Shown here: in pieces, positions 1 through 7,883 of the stretch
How positions within the stretch are numbered: the first letter of the stretch is position 1
Layout: each line of letters opens with the position of its first letter
From: Candidatus Eiseniibacteriota bacterium
GTDB lineage: Bacteria > Eisenbacteria > RBG-16-71-46 > CAIMUX01 > VGJL01
Assembly: GCA_041946735.1 (NCBI GenBank)
Contig: JBHGAY010000042.1
Span: forward strand, 1-30,931
DNA length: 30,931 nucleotides
Reading direction: 5' to 3'
The notes under the pieces: generated by a model
Told to the model about the DNA's origin: nothing
The model's input: the letters and a program-made list of their open reading frames with translations, nothing else
Databases searched by the model: none
Program-made: the position numbers and the translations under genes

Positions 1-81
1 GCGCCGATCGCCGCACGCCAGATCTCGCCGAGCGGCGTCGAGGACTCGACGAATCGTCGGAGGCCCGGCGCCTCCCTGCGC

Positions 82-87
82 TACGAT
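82..87 (+). promoter_or_regulatory. Putative -10 box (TACGAT) of a leaderless transcript
   Basis: TAnnnT hexamer ends 6 nt before the GTG at 94; no Shine-Dalgarno sequence in between. Confidence 0.55.
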
Positions 88-93
88 TCCCGC

Positions 94-1140
94 GTGAGCG
101 GCGTCCCTCGAGTCTCGATCCTCCTGCCCGTTCGTGACGCGGCGGCGAGTCTGCCCCGCTGCCTGGACTCGCTGCGGGCGCAGACGTTCCCCGATTGGGA
201 ATGCCTCGCCGTGGACGACGGCTCATGCGACGGCACGGCAGAGCTGCTCCGCGAAGCGTCCGCGGCCGATCCTCGCTTTCGGCCGCTCGCCGTCCCCGCG
301 CCCGCCGGGATCGTCGCCGCTCTCGAGATGGCCCGCCTCGCCGCCCGCGCGCCGCTCCTGCTCCGCCAGGATGCCGACGACGCGAGCGATCCGGAGAGAA
401 TCGAACGGCAGGTGCGGGCGATCGACGAGGCGGGTGGCGATCTTGCGCTTCTCGGATGCCGGGTCCGCGTTCCCGGAGCGGTGACCGACGGGATGCGCCG
501 CTACCTCGATTGGCTCGACGCATGCGTCACTCCCGAGGACTGCGCGCGCGAGATCTGGATCGAGAGCCCGCTCGTCCATCCGACCGTTCTCGCGCGCGCC
601 GGCGCGATCGCCGCGGCGGGCGGCTACCGCGATCGACTCTGGCCGGAAGACTACGACCTGTGGCTGCGCGTGCACCGCGCAGGCGGACGCATGGCGAACC
701 TTCCCGACAGGCTCTACGAATGGAACGATCGTCCCGACCGGCTCTCGCGCACCGATCCGCGCTACGCGCCCGAGTCGTTCCTGCGCTGCCGCCTGCACCA
801 CCTGCGGCGCTGGCTCGCGACGCGCGCGGGACCTGATCGTCCCCTCGTCGTGTGGGGAGCCGGGCGGGATGGACGGCGGTTCGTCCGCGAATGGGACCGC
901 GAAGCGTCCGGCGAAGGGCCGCCCGCGCCGCCCGTCGTCGCGTTCGTCGACATCGACCCGGAGAAGGTCGGGCGCTCCCGCTTCGGCCGGCCGGTGCTGG
1001 ACTTCGCCGCCGCGCGCGCCGGCTTTCCCGGCGCCTTCTACCTCGCCGCGGTTGGTGTGGCGGGAGCGCGCGAGCTGATCCGGGAGCTGCTTCGCGAAGC
1101 CGGGATGGTGGAGACGGTCGACTTCGTCTGCGTGCACTGA
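94..1140 (+). CDS. Family 2 glycosyltransferase with C-terminal Rossmann-like domain (QTGAL/B3GNTL1-like)
   Basis: GT-A motifs VSILLPVRD, VDDGS.D, QDADD (DxD) and PEDYDLW; C-terminal VWGAGRDGRR...VVAFVDIDPEK; no signal peptide or TM helix. Confidence 0.88.
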   Translation: MSGVPRVSILLPVRDAAASLPRCLDSLRAQTFPDWECLAVDDGSCDGTAELLREASAADPRFRPLAVPAPAGIVAALEMARLAARAPLLLRQDADDASDPERIERQVRAIDEAGGDLALLGCRVRVPGAVTDGMRRYLDWLDACVTPEDCAREIWIESPLVHPTVLARAGAIAAAGGYRDRLWPEDYDLWLRVHRAGGRMANLPDRLYEWNDRPDRLSRTDPRYAPESFLRCRLHHLRRWLATRAGPDRPLVVWGAGRDGRRFVREWDREASGEGPPAPPVVAFVDIDPEKVGRSRFGRPVLDFAAARAGFPGAFYLAAVGVAGARELIRELLREAGMVETVDFVCVH

Positions 1141-1166
1141 GGAAGCGCGCGGGCTGCGCCCCGCGA

Positions 1167-2174
1167 CTACTTCGACAGCTCGAGCATCCTCTCGATCGGA
1201 ACGAGAGCGCGCGCGGCGATCTCCGGGTCGACGACGATCTCCGGGCGTTCGTCGCGCAGGCAGAGGTAGAGCTTCTCGAGCGTGTTGCGCTTCATGTACG
1301 GGCACTCGTTGCAGGCGCATGCGGTGTCGGGCGGAGCGGGGATCAGCTCCTTCCCGGGCGCGAGCTTTCTCATCTGATGCAGGATCCCCGGCTCGGTCGC
1401 GATGATGAAGCGGCTCGCCGGGCTCTTCACGACGTAGTCGAGGATCGAGGAGGTCGATCCGATGTGGTCCGCCTGGCGCAGGACCGACTCCTCGCACTCG
1501 GGATGCGCCACCACCAGCGCCCCCGGATTGCGGAGCTTCAGCTGCACGATCTTCTTCGCGCTGAAAAGCTCGTGGACTTCGCACGATCCCGGCCAGAGGA
1601 CCATGTCGCGCCCGGTCCGCTTGATGATGTAGCGCCCGAGGTGCTGATCCGGTGCGAAGACGATCTTCCGGTCCGCCGGCACGGAGCGGACGATCTTCTC
1701 CGCGTTCGACGACGTGCAGATCAGGTCCGACATCGCCTTCACTTCGGCCGAGCAGTTGATGTAGCTGATCACGACGTGATCGGGATAGCGGGAGAGGAAC
1801 GCCGCGAAGCGATCCGGAGGACAGCCGTCGGCGAGCGAGCAGCCCGCATCGAGATCCGGGACGACCACCTTCCGGGCGGGATTCAGGATCTTCGCCGTCT
1901 CCGCCATGAAGTGGACGCCTGCGAAGGCGATCATCGAGGCGTCCGTGCGGGCGGCCGCCTGGGCGAGGGCGAGCGAATCGCCGACATGGTCGGCGAGGTC
2001 CTGGATCTCCCCCTCCTGGTAGTAGTGCGCGAGCAGGACCGCGTTCTTCTCCTTGCGGAGTCGCTCGATCTCCTCGTGGAGATCGAGTCGCGGATCGATC
2101 GGCTCGACCCGCGCCGCAGCGGTCCCGATTCCGCGCTCCGCTCGCGCAGGCGCCGTAACCTCAGGTGTGCTCAA
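1167..2174 (-). CDS. nadA: Quinolinate synthase A
   Basis: [58 protein letters not shown] and C.C.ECPYM motifs. Start moved to TTG at 2174, in frame, with GGAGG at 2186-2190; the longer ORF to 2681 is considered an artefact. Confidence 0.95.
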   Translation of the reverse strand: MSTPEVTAPARAERGIGTAAARVEPIDPRLDLHEEIERLRKEKNAVLLAHYYQEGEIQDLADHVGDSLALAQAAARTDASMIAFAGVHFMAETAKILNPARKVVVPDLDAGCSLADGCPPDRFAAFLSRYPDHVVISYINCSAEVKAMSDLICTSSNAEKIVRSVPADRKIVFAPDQHLGRYIIKRTGRDMVLWPGSCEVHELFSAKKIVQLKLRNPGALVVAHPECEESVLRQADHIGSTSSILDYVVKSPASRFIIATEPGILHQMRKLAPGKELIPAPPDTACACNECPYMKRNTLEKLYLCLRDERPEIVVDPEIAARALVPIERMLELSK

Positions 2175-2214
2175 CGCTTTTCCATCCTCCTGTTGCGGGC
2201 GCGACCGTCCTCGG

Positions 2215-2223
2215 AGTGTACCA
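2215..2223 (-). promoter_or_regulatory. Extended -10 promoter for nadA (TGG-TACACT)
   Basis: Minus strand reads TGnTACACT about 40 nt upstream of the nadA start. Confidence 0.55.
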
Positions 2224-2264
2224 CGCACGGACCGAACGGCCGGGGGCGACCCCGGGATCCGGTC

Positions 2265-2735
2265 GCAGGAACGGTCGAAGCGGCGCGGGAGATGTCTCGG
2301 CACCACCGTTACGTCCGTCGAAGACGCGCTTGCCATGTCTCGACGACTCCCTCTCGCGTGCGAAAGAGCGATGGCGCATCTCTCGGGGGCCGGCTTTCGC
2401 CTGTCGAAGTCCCCCGGCCGGACCTTCCCAGCTCCTTTCGATGCGCGAAACGGTGACAGGCAGACCGCTGATGGCGGCCTTCGACGCGCGCGATGGCGAC
2501 CGGGCAGGTCTCGACCTCTCCCTCTCGCACGTCGAAGGGGCGTGGCGAGAGACCGGCAGGCGGAGTTGCGCGCGTCGCAGACAGGCACTGCGACATCGGG
2601 GGGCGGGCTTCGACGGGCAAGAGAGGCGCCCCGCGGGCCGGGCGGCCGGCTTTCGCATGCGTGAGACCGGTTCTGCGACATCTCCCGCCGGACTTCGACG
2701 GGCGTGGGACCGCTTCCGCGCCATCGCAGAGCGGC
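2265..2735. repeat. Degenerate ~43-bp-period array (~11 units) with palindromic cores and overall mirror symmetry
   Basis: GTCGAAG at 2274, 2317, 2403, 2531; CTTCGAC at 2479, 2608, 2693; CTTTCG/CTCTCG at 2351, 2394, 2435, 2522, 2650; ATGTCTCG-like at 2292, 2335, 2378, 2506; TGCGACAT at 2589, 2674. Spacings within each series are approximate multiples of 42-43. Confidence 0.7.
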
Positions 2736-2919
2736 GTGGTGCGCTTCGCAGGGACGATGCGAGAGGCCTGACCGTCCTGTTCGGTCGAACGAGAAGTCAC
2801 TGAACGGGTTGCCGGAGCGGTTGCTGCCAAGTCGAATTCGGGCGCCCCGACAGGCCGCGGCATCGTTTTCGCCCCGCGATGCCGGCCGGCCGGGATGGGG
2901 GTCCGCAATCCTGTCGGCA

Positions 2920-2949
2920 TTGAGTTCGGCGCCGGCTCTCCCCTAGATT
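2920..2949 (+). promoter_or_regulatory. Putative sigma70 promoter TTGAGT-N18-TAGATT
   Basis: -35 at 2920-2925 and -10 at 2944-2949, about 160 nt upstream of the ATG at 3109. Confidence 0.4.
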
Positions 2950-3108
2950 CGACTGGCCCGGGTGATACCGGCTCCCGTTACGGGGTCCCGGCCGCGCGAC
3001 GAGCGAAGCGTGGGGATCGAGACCGCCGGGCCCGCGCTTCCGTCAGCGATCGCCGCCTGCTGGTTCCCGGAGCCGGCCGACTGTCGCATCTCGAAAGGAG
3101 GAGCATTC

Positions 3109-3765
3109 ATGCAACTCGCTAGCGCAGTCCGTTCCGCGGTCGTCGCGTCGCTCGCGATCGTCTCCTTCGCCGGCTTGCAGGCGATGCCGGCGCTCGCGGA
3201 CGTCCTCTTCGACGGTTCGTTCCCGCTGGAGCAGGTGGACGACATCGGCTTCAACGATCCCGATGCGGGCGGCCAGAGGCTCGCGGAGGATTTCCAGGTC
3301 ACGAGCCTCTCGACCATGACCGGCGTCCGGTTCGTGGGCGGCTACTATCCGAGCAACACGCCGCAGGACGATTCGTTCACTCTCACGATCCTTGGCGATG
3401 CGGCGGGCCTTCCCGATCCTTCCAACGTCATCGCGGAGCTGCCGCTCACCGTCGAGCGCAACGACACGGGCGTCTTCGCGCTCGGCGTGCGTCTCTACTC
3501 CTACGCGGCTCAGTTCTCGGGGGTGCCGCTGGAAGGGAACACCCCGTACTGGTTCCTCATCGTGAACGACACGTCGAACGATCCCAACGACGATTGGGTC
3601 TGGGCGGGCGGCCATCAGGGCGGCGTGTATGCGCGGTCCTTCGATGGCGGGCTCTCCTGGGTCGACACGGTGGCGGGCAACTTCGACTTCCAGGTCCTTG
3701 GCGATCAGGGACCGACCGCCGTCGAATCCTCGAGCTGGGGTCGCGTGAAGGCCTTGTACCGCTAA
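3109..3765 (+). CDS. Secreted beta-rich protein with C-terminal PTAVESSSWGRVKALYR motif
   Basis: Strong SD AAAGGAGG before ATG 3109; Sec signal ending ALA-D; acidic, beta-rich mature domain (AEDF...GGYY...YWFLI...WVW); terminal SWGxxKxxYR. Confidence 0.85.
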   Translation: MQLASAVRSAVVASLAIVSFAGLQAMPALADVLFDGSFPLEQVDDIGFNDPDAGGQRLAEDFQVTSLSTMTGVRFVGGYYPSNTPQDDSFTLTILGDAAGLPDPSNVIAELPLTVERNDTGVFALGVRLYSYAAQFSGVPLEGNTPYWFLIVNDTSNDPNDDWVWAGGHQGGVYARSFDGGLSWVDTVAGNFDFQVLGDQGPTAVESSSWGRVKALYR

Positions 3766-3789
3766 CTACGAAGGGACCGAGCAACCCGA

Positions 3790-3830
3790 AGCCGGGCGAC
3801 ATCCCACCTCGGTGAGACGACCGCCCGGCT
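3790..3830. terminator. Stem-loop between convergent genes
   Basis: AGCCGGGCG (3790-3798) pairs with CGCCCGGCT (3822-3830); no U tract; a second small hairpin lies at 3893-3910. Confidence 0.4.
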
Positions 3831-3918
3831 CCTTGGGTCCGCCCCCGGTCAGAGCGCTGAGCAAGAAGCAGCAGGGGGACGAAAATCGTTGTGCTCGGCC
3901 GGCTCCGAGCTCGACCGT

Positions 3919-4416
3919 CTAGTGGAAGAAGGTCCAGCCGACGGTCAGCTTGAGGTCGGGAGAATCGGCGAAGCCGACCTTCGCCTCTCCAAAGAAGCGG
4001 TCCCCGTTGTCTAGGCCGCGCTCGAGACCGCCCATCACGTTCAGGCCGAGCTGCGTGTCGGTGTCGTTCCCCGTCAGGCCCTTGTCCTCGCTCCCGACGA
4101 AGTTCACGCCGACTCCGCCACCGATGTAGGGGCTCCAGCTCTCCCACGTGGAGTTGATCCGATAGTTCGTCTCCAGGTTGAGCGCGGCGAGCGTGGATCC
4201 GTCGCCGATGCCGAGCTCCACGTTCGGCTGGAATCGGAAGTGATTCGCGAACTGCCCGAAGTCCAGATGGGCGCCGAAGTGGAACTGATCGGGATTCAGA
4301 GTCGCCCCGACGCGCGGGCCCCAGCCGCGGAATCCGATGCTCGTTTCGTCTTGCGCGAATGCGAGCCCGGTGAAGAGGGCCAGGGCCAGAAGAACCACGG
4401 CGAATAGCTTGCGCAT
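3919..4416 (-). CDS. Small outer-membrane beta-barrel protein (OmpA/OmpW-like 8-strand type)
   Basis: SD AAGGAG before ATG 4416; signal peptide MRKLFAVVLLALALFTGLAFA-Q; amphipathic strands, PYIGGGVG motif, C-terminal LTVGWTFFH beta-signal. Confidence 0.85.
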   Translation of the reverse strand: MRKLFAVVLLALALFTGLAFAQDETSIGFRGWGPRVGATLNPDQFHFGAHLDFGQFANHFRFQPNVELGIGDGSTLAALNLETNYRINSTWESWSPYIGGGVGVNFVGSEDKGLTGNDTDTQLGLNVMGGLERGLDNGDRFFGEAKVGFADSPDLKLTVGWTFFH

Positions 4417-4526
4417 GATTGCCTCTCCTTCGTCTGGGCAACGGGGGGCGCCGGACCGTCCGCCGGGCCCGGCGCCCGCCACCCGTCTCTGCACTTCGCT
4501 TCTTGTCCGTCCTCTCGTTGGACTGG

Positions 4527-4542
4527 AGCAGGAGCCGTGCCG
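4527..4542 (-). promoter_or_regulatory. sigma54-type -24/-12 promoter (CGGCACGGCTCCTGCT)
   Basis: GG-N10-GC spacing with two mismatches to TGGCACGRNNNTTGCW; correct orientation, about 110 nt upstream of the OMP start. Confidence 0.55.
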
Positions 4543-4743
4543 ACAGGCGCGCCCGCATCCGCAGCGCGCCATTCTCCGTCGTTTGCGCCACGCGGGGGGG
4601 CGCCGCGGGGGCGAACGGCGGGCTGCAGAAGAAGGAAGATTCGTAACGCGGGATCGAAAGGTGATGCAGGCAAACGATCGACCGGCAGGGTAGGCGGCGT
4701 GACGCGGCGCCCGAGCCCGCAACGGGGCGCGACGCGCTTCGGG

Positions 4744-4749
4744 TATACT
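4744..4749 (+). promoter_or_regulatory. Putative -10 box (TATACT) of a leaderless transcript
   Basis: TATACT ends 7 nt before GTG 4757; no SD. Confidence 0.6.
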
Positions 4750-4756
4750 GCGGCCG

Positions 4757-6892
4757 GTGATCCGGGAATCGATCCGTAGGGACCGCGTCCTCTGGCTCGT
4801 CCTCGCGGCCGCGGCGGCGCTTCGCTTCTGGAGGATCGGCGGGGACCTTCCCTACGTCCTCCACTATGACGAGCCGACGCTCGTCGACAACGCGGTCTGG
4901 ATGATCCAGGGGCGAACGCTCGATCCCCACTTCTTGAACTATCCGACCGGGCTCATCTACCTGCTCGCCCTCCTCTACGGGATCGTCTTGCTCGGAGGCG
5001 TCGCCTTCGGCCGCTTCGACGGAATCGCCGGCGGGATCGCCTGGCTTTCGGCAGGCACGTACCCGCGTCCGGCCGAGGGGGGCGTCCTCTATTTCTATCC
5101 GACGATCGGAGTGCCGGCCCTCTACCTGATCGGGCGCGGCGTGAGCGCGCTCGCGGGCGTCGCGACCGTTGCGCTCGTCTACACGCTCGCGCGCCGCGTC
5201 GCCGGATCGCGCGCGATCGCCCGCCTCGCGGCCGTCGCCCTCGCGCTTTCGCCGCTCGCCGTCGAGAACTCGAGGCTGATCACGACCGATGCGACGGCGA
5301 CCGCGCTCGCGACCGGCTGCCTGCTCGCGATCGTGACGCTCACGGAGCGCGGGACGCGGCGGCGGGACTGGATCGTGGCGGGAGCGCTCGCCGGGCTGGC
5401 GGCGGGGGTGAAGTACAACGCGGGGCTCGTCGCCGTCCCGCTGGCGGGTGTGGCGGTGCGCGACGCGCTGCGGCGGCGGGGACCGGGCGAGGCGGCGGCA
5501 GCCGGGCGCAGGCTCGCCCTCGCGGCTGCGGCCGCGCTGGTCGCGTTCTTGATCCTCACCCCGTATGCGCTGCTCGATGCGGCGCGCTTCACGAAGGACC
5601 TCGGCTACGAGTTCCGGCGCGTCTCCTCGATCACCGCGACGTTCCAGGGAGCCGAAGCGGTCGAGGCGACGCCGATCGAGAAGGTCGCGGAGATCGCGCG
5701 CAACGGCCTCGGCATTCCCGGCATCCTCGCCGCCGTGTGGGGAGCGGTCCTTGCGATCCGTTCGCGCCGCGCCGCCGCCCTCGTGATCGCCGGCTGGGTC
5801 GCCGTCGCGCTGCTGCCGATGCTTCGCTGGCAGAGCCTCTACGCGCGCTACTTGTTGCCGCCGTGGCCGGCGATCCTGCTTCTCGCCTCCTGGGGGACGG
5901 TCGATGCCTCTGCCCGGGCGGCGCGCGCCGCTCGACTCGACCGCTCCGCCGCGGGGCGGGCTGCGTTGCTCGCGGTCGCCGTCGCCGCTTTCCTCCTTCC
6001 CGGGACGATCCGCGCCTCGCGCTACCTCGCCGCTCGAGCCCACCCCGACCCGCGCGTGGTGATGACCCGTTGGATCGGCGAGCGCATCCCGCCGGGCGAG
6101 CCGATCGTGATGGAGCCGGGCGGTCCGTTCCCGGACGCGGAGGAGCATTCGATCCAGCGGGTCGACTTCCTGGGACGGTCGACGCCGGGCGAGTACCGCG
6201 CGCGAGGGATCCGCTGGCTCGTCGGCACGGGACGCGAGAGCCGGATTGCAGGCAAGCCGGGGTTCGGAGAGGTGCTCGCGAACCTCGACAGCCTCCGCGC
6301 CGCCGCGGATCTCGCGTGGTCGCGCGGGCGCTACGCGGTCTACCGCTTGCGCGGCGGCGCCGCCTGGGAGGACTCGGTCTCCGCCGCGCTCGCCGCGCGC
6401 GACTCCACCGCGGCGTGGAACCTTCTCGAGACGGCGCTCCGTTCGGGGAGGACGCTGAGCGCCCAGTCGTGGAAGAGGCTCGCGCTCCTGCGCGCCGCCG
6501 CCGGCTCGAGCGCGGCGGCGCAGGAAGCCTGGCTCGCCGCGGCCCGCCTCGACCCGAAGGACGTCGAGCCGCCGCTCGCCCTCGGCAACCTCGCGCTCGC
6601 TCGCGGCGAATACGCGTCGGCGCTCGAGCGCTTCGAGCAGGCGCGGGCGCTTTCGCCCCGCGATCCGTTGATCCTCCACAACCTCGCGGTCGCGCACCTC
6701 TACATCGCGCAGGCGGAGCGCGCCGCCCGGGATGCGGCCGCGGCCCGCGCGTCGTGGGAGGAGGCGCGCGAGCTGGCCGACCGCGCCGCCACGGTGTCTC
6801 CCGGAGATCCGTCGATGGCCGCCCTGCGCGACCAGGTTCTTCGCATGGGACGCAAATGGGGCTTTCTGCTAGATTCGCCGGTCGATCGGTAG
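4757..6892 (+). CDS. Membrane GT-C (ArnT/PMT/GT39-like) glycosyltransferase with C-terminal TPR repeats
   Basis: HYDEP in the first loop, HFLNYP, TDA and GVKYN motifs, about 10-11 hydrophobic segments, RYLLP; C-terminal TPR-like repeats (AARLDPKDVEPPLALG...ALSPRDPLILHNLA). Confidence 0.85.
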   Translation: MIRESIRRDRVLWLVLAAAAALRFWRIGGDLPYVLHYDEPTLVDNAVWMIQGRTLDPHFLNYPTGLIYLLALLYGIVLLGGVAFGRFDGIAGGIAWLSAGTYPRPAEGGVLYFYPTIGVPALYLIGRGVSALAGVATVALVYTLARRVAGSRAIARLAAVALALSPLAVENSRLITTDATATALATGCLLAIVTLTERGTRRRDWIVAGALAGLAAGVKYNAGLVAVPLAGVAVRDALRRRGPGEAAAAGRRLALAAAAALVAFLILTPYALLDAARFTKDLGYEFRRVSSITATFQGAEAVEATPIEKVAEIARNGLGIPGILAAVWGAVLAIRSRRAAALVIAGWVAVALLPMLRWQSLYARYLLPPWPAILLLASWGTVDASARAARAARLDRSAAGRAALLAVAVAAFLLPGTIRASRYLAARAHPDPRVVMTRWIGERIPPGEPIVMEPGGPFPDAEEHSIQRVDFLGRSTPGEYRARGIRWLVGTGRESRIAGKPGFGEVLANLDSLRAAADLAWSRGRYAVYRLRGGAAWEDSVSAALAARDSTAAWNLLETALRSGRTLSAQSWKRLALLRAAAGSSAAAQEAWLAAARLDPKDVEPPLALGNLALARGEYASALERFEQARALSPRDPLILHNLAVAHLYIAQAERAARDAAAARASWEEARELADRAATVSPGDPSMAALRDQVLRMGRKWGFLLDSPVDR

Positions 6893-6928
6893 CCGGCCGA
6901 TGAGATCGAGGTTGCGGAGGGGCTCCCC

Positions 6929-7858
6929 ATGATCCAGGTCGAGAGCCTGACGAAGAGCTTCGGCGCCTTGCGCGCGGTCGACGCGGTCAGCTTCCGCGTG
7001 CCGCCCGGGATGATCTACGGCCTCCTCGGTCCCAACGGCGCGGGCAAGACGACGACGATCTCGTGCGTCTGCGGCCTGCTTCGCCCCGACGCGGGGACGG
7101 TGAGCATCGGCGGCCACGACATGGCGGGCGATCCGCTCGCCGCGAAGGCGATCCTTGGGGTCGTCCCGCAGGAGACCGCGATCTATCCGACGCTGACCGC
7201 GGCGGAGAACGTCTCGTACTTCGCCGACCTCTACCGGCTCGACTCCGGCGCGAAGCCGGAGCGCGTGCGCGAGGTGCTGACCCAGGTGGGGCTCGAGCCG
7301 GGCTCCAAGCAGCGCAGCAAGACCTTCTCGGGCGGGATGAAGCGACGGCTGAACCTCGCGATCGGCTTCGTGCACCGCCCGCGCGCCCTGCTCCTCGACG
7401 AGCCGACGGTCGGGATCGATCCGCAGGCGCGGATCCACGTGCTCGACGTCGTTCGCGCGCTGCGCGCCGAGGGGACCGCGATCCTCTACACGACGCACTA
7501 TCTCGAGGAGGCGGAGGAGCTGTGCGACCGGATCGCCGTCATGGATCACGGGCGGATCCTGGCGGAAGGCACGATCCCCGAGCTGCGCCGGCTTCTCGGC
7601 GAGGGGACGATTCTCACGCTGCGCGGCCGCTTCACCGCCGAGCAGGTCCGGCCCCTGCTCGACGGCCGTGACGGCATGCGCGTCCTCTCGCTCGAGGACG
7701 GCGACGCGAAGATCTCCGTGAGCGGAGAGCAGGACGCCGGCGCCGCGCTCTCCGCCGAGGTGATGCGCCGCGGCGTCCCGGTGTCGGAGATCTCGATGCG
7801 CGAGCCGAGCCTCCAGGATCTGTTCCTCAAGCTGACCGGGCGCGAGCTCCGGGACTGA
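6929..7858 (+). CDS. ABC transporter ATP-binding protein (DrrA/LnrL-like)
   Basis: Walker A GPNGAGKTT, signature FSGGMKRR, Walker B LLLDEPT, H-loop TTH; C-terminal PSLQDLFLKLTGRELRD; SD GGAGG. Confidence 0.95.
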   Translation: MIQVESLTKSFGALRAVDAVSFRVPPGMIYGLLGPNGAGKTTTISCVCGLLRPDAGTVSIGGHDMAGDPLAAKAILGVVPQETAIYPTLTAAENVSYFADLYRLDSGAKPERVREVLTQVGLEPGSKQRSKTFSGGMKRRLNLAIGFVHRPRALLLDEPTVGIDPQARIHVLDVVRALRAEGTAILYTTHYLEEAEELCDRIAVMDHGRILAEGTIPELRRLLGEGTILTLRGRFTAEQVRPLLDGRDGMRVLSLEDGDAKISVSGEQDAGAALSAEVMRRGVPVSEISMREPSLQDLFLKLTGRELRD

Positions 7859-7883
7859 CGGGACCGCGGCGGAGGCGACGATC

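Noticed and set aside
2175..2300. NAD+-I (nadA motif) riboswitch upstream of nadA
   Set aside because: No recognisable aptamer sequence, and the predicted promoter leaves only a ~35-nt leader.
2175..2681. 169-aa N-terminal extension of NadA in the ORF track
   Set aside because: Low-complexity R/P/A sequence running through the repeat array; an SD and an extended -10 box sit directly before TTG 2174.
2265..2735. CRISPR array interpretation of the periodic region
   Set aside because: The period (~43 bp) is too short, the repeats are highly degenerate, the intervening parts also carry a recurring motif, and there are no cas genes.
2053..2946. Several 80-210 aa ORFs in the nadA intergenic gap
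   Set aside because: They overlap on both strands, are Arg/Pro/Gly-rich, lack SDs and motifs, and the DNA periodicity is not codon-phased; a small real gene cannot be fully excluded.
3557..6697. 1046-aa minus-strand ORF and similar long ORFs (e.g. 852-2456, 9055-11061, 12673-14679, 19823-22585, 20077-22050, 27418-29283)
   Set aside because: Shadow or alternate frames of well-supported genes, expected in very GC-rich DNA; no domain motifs.
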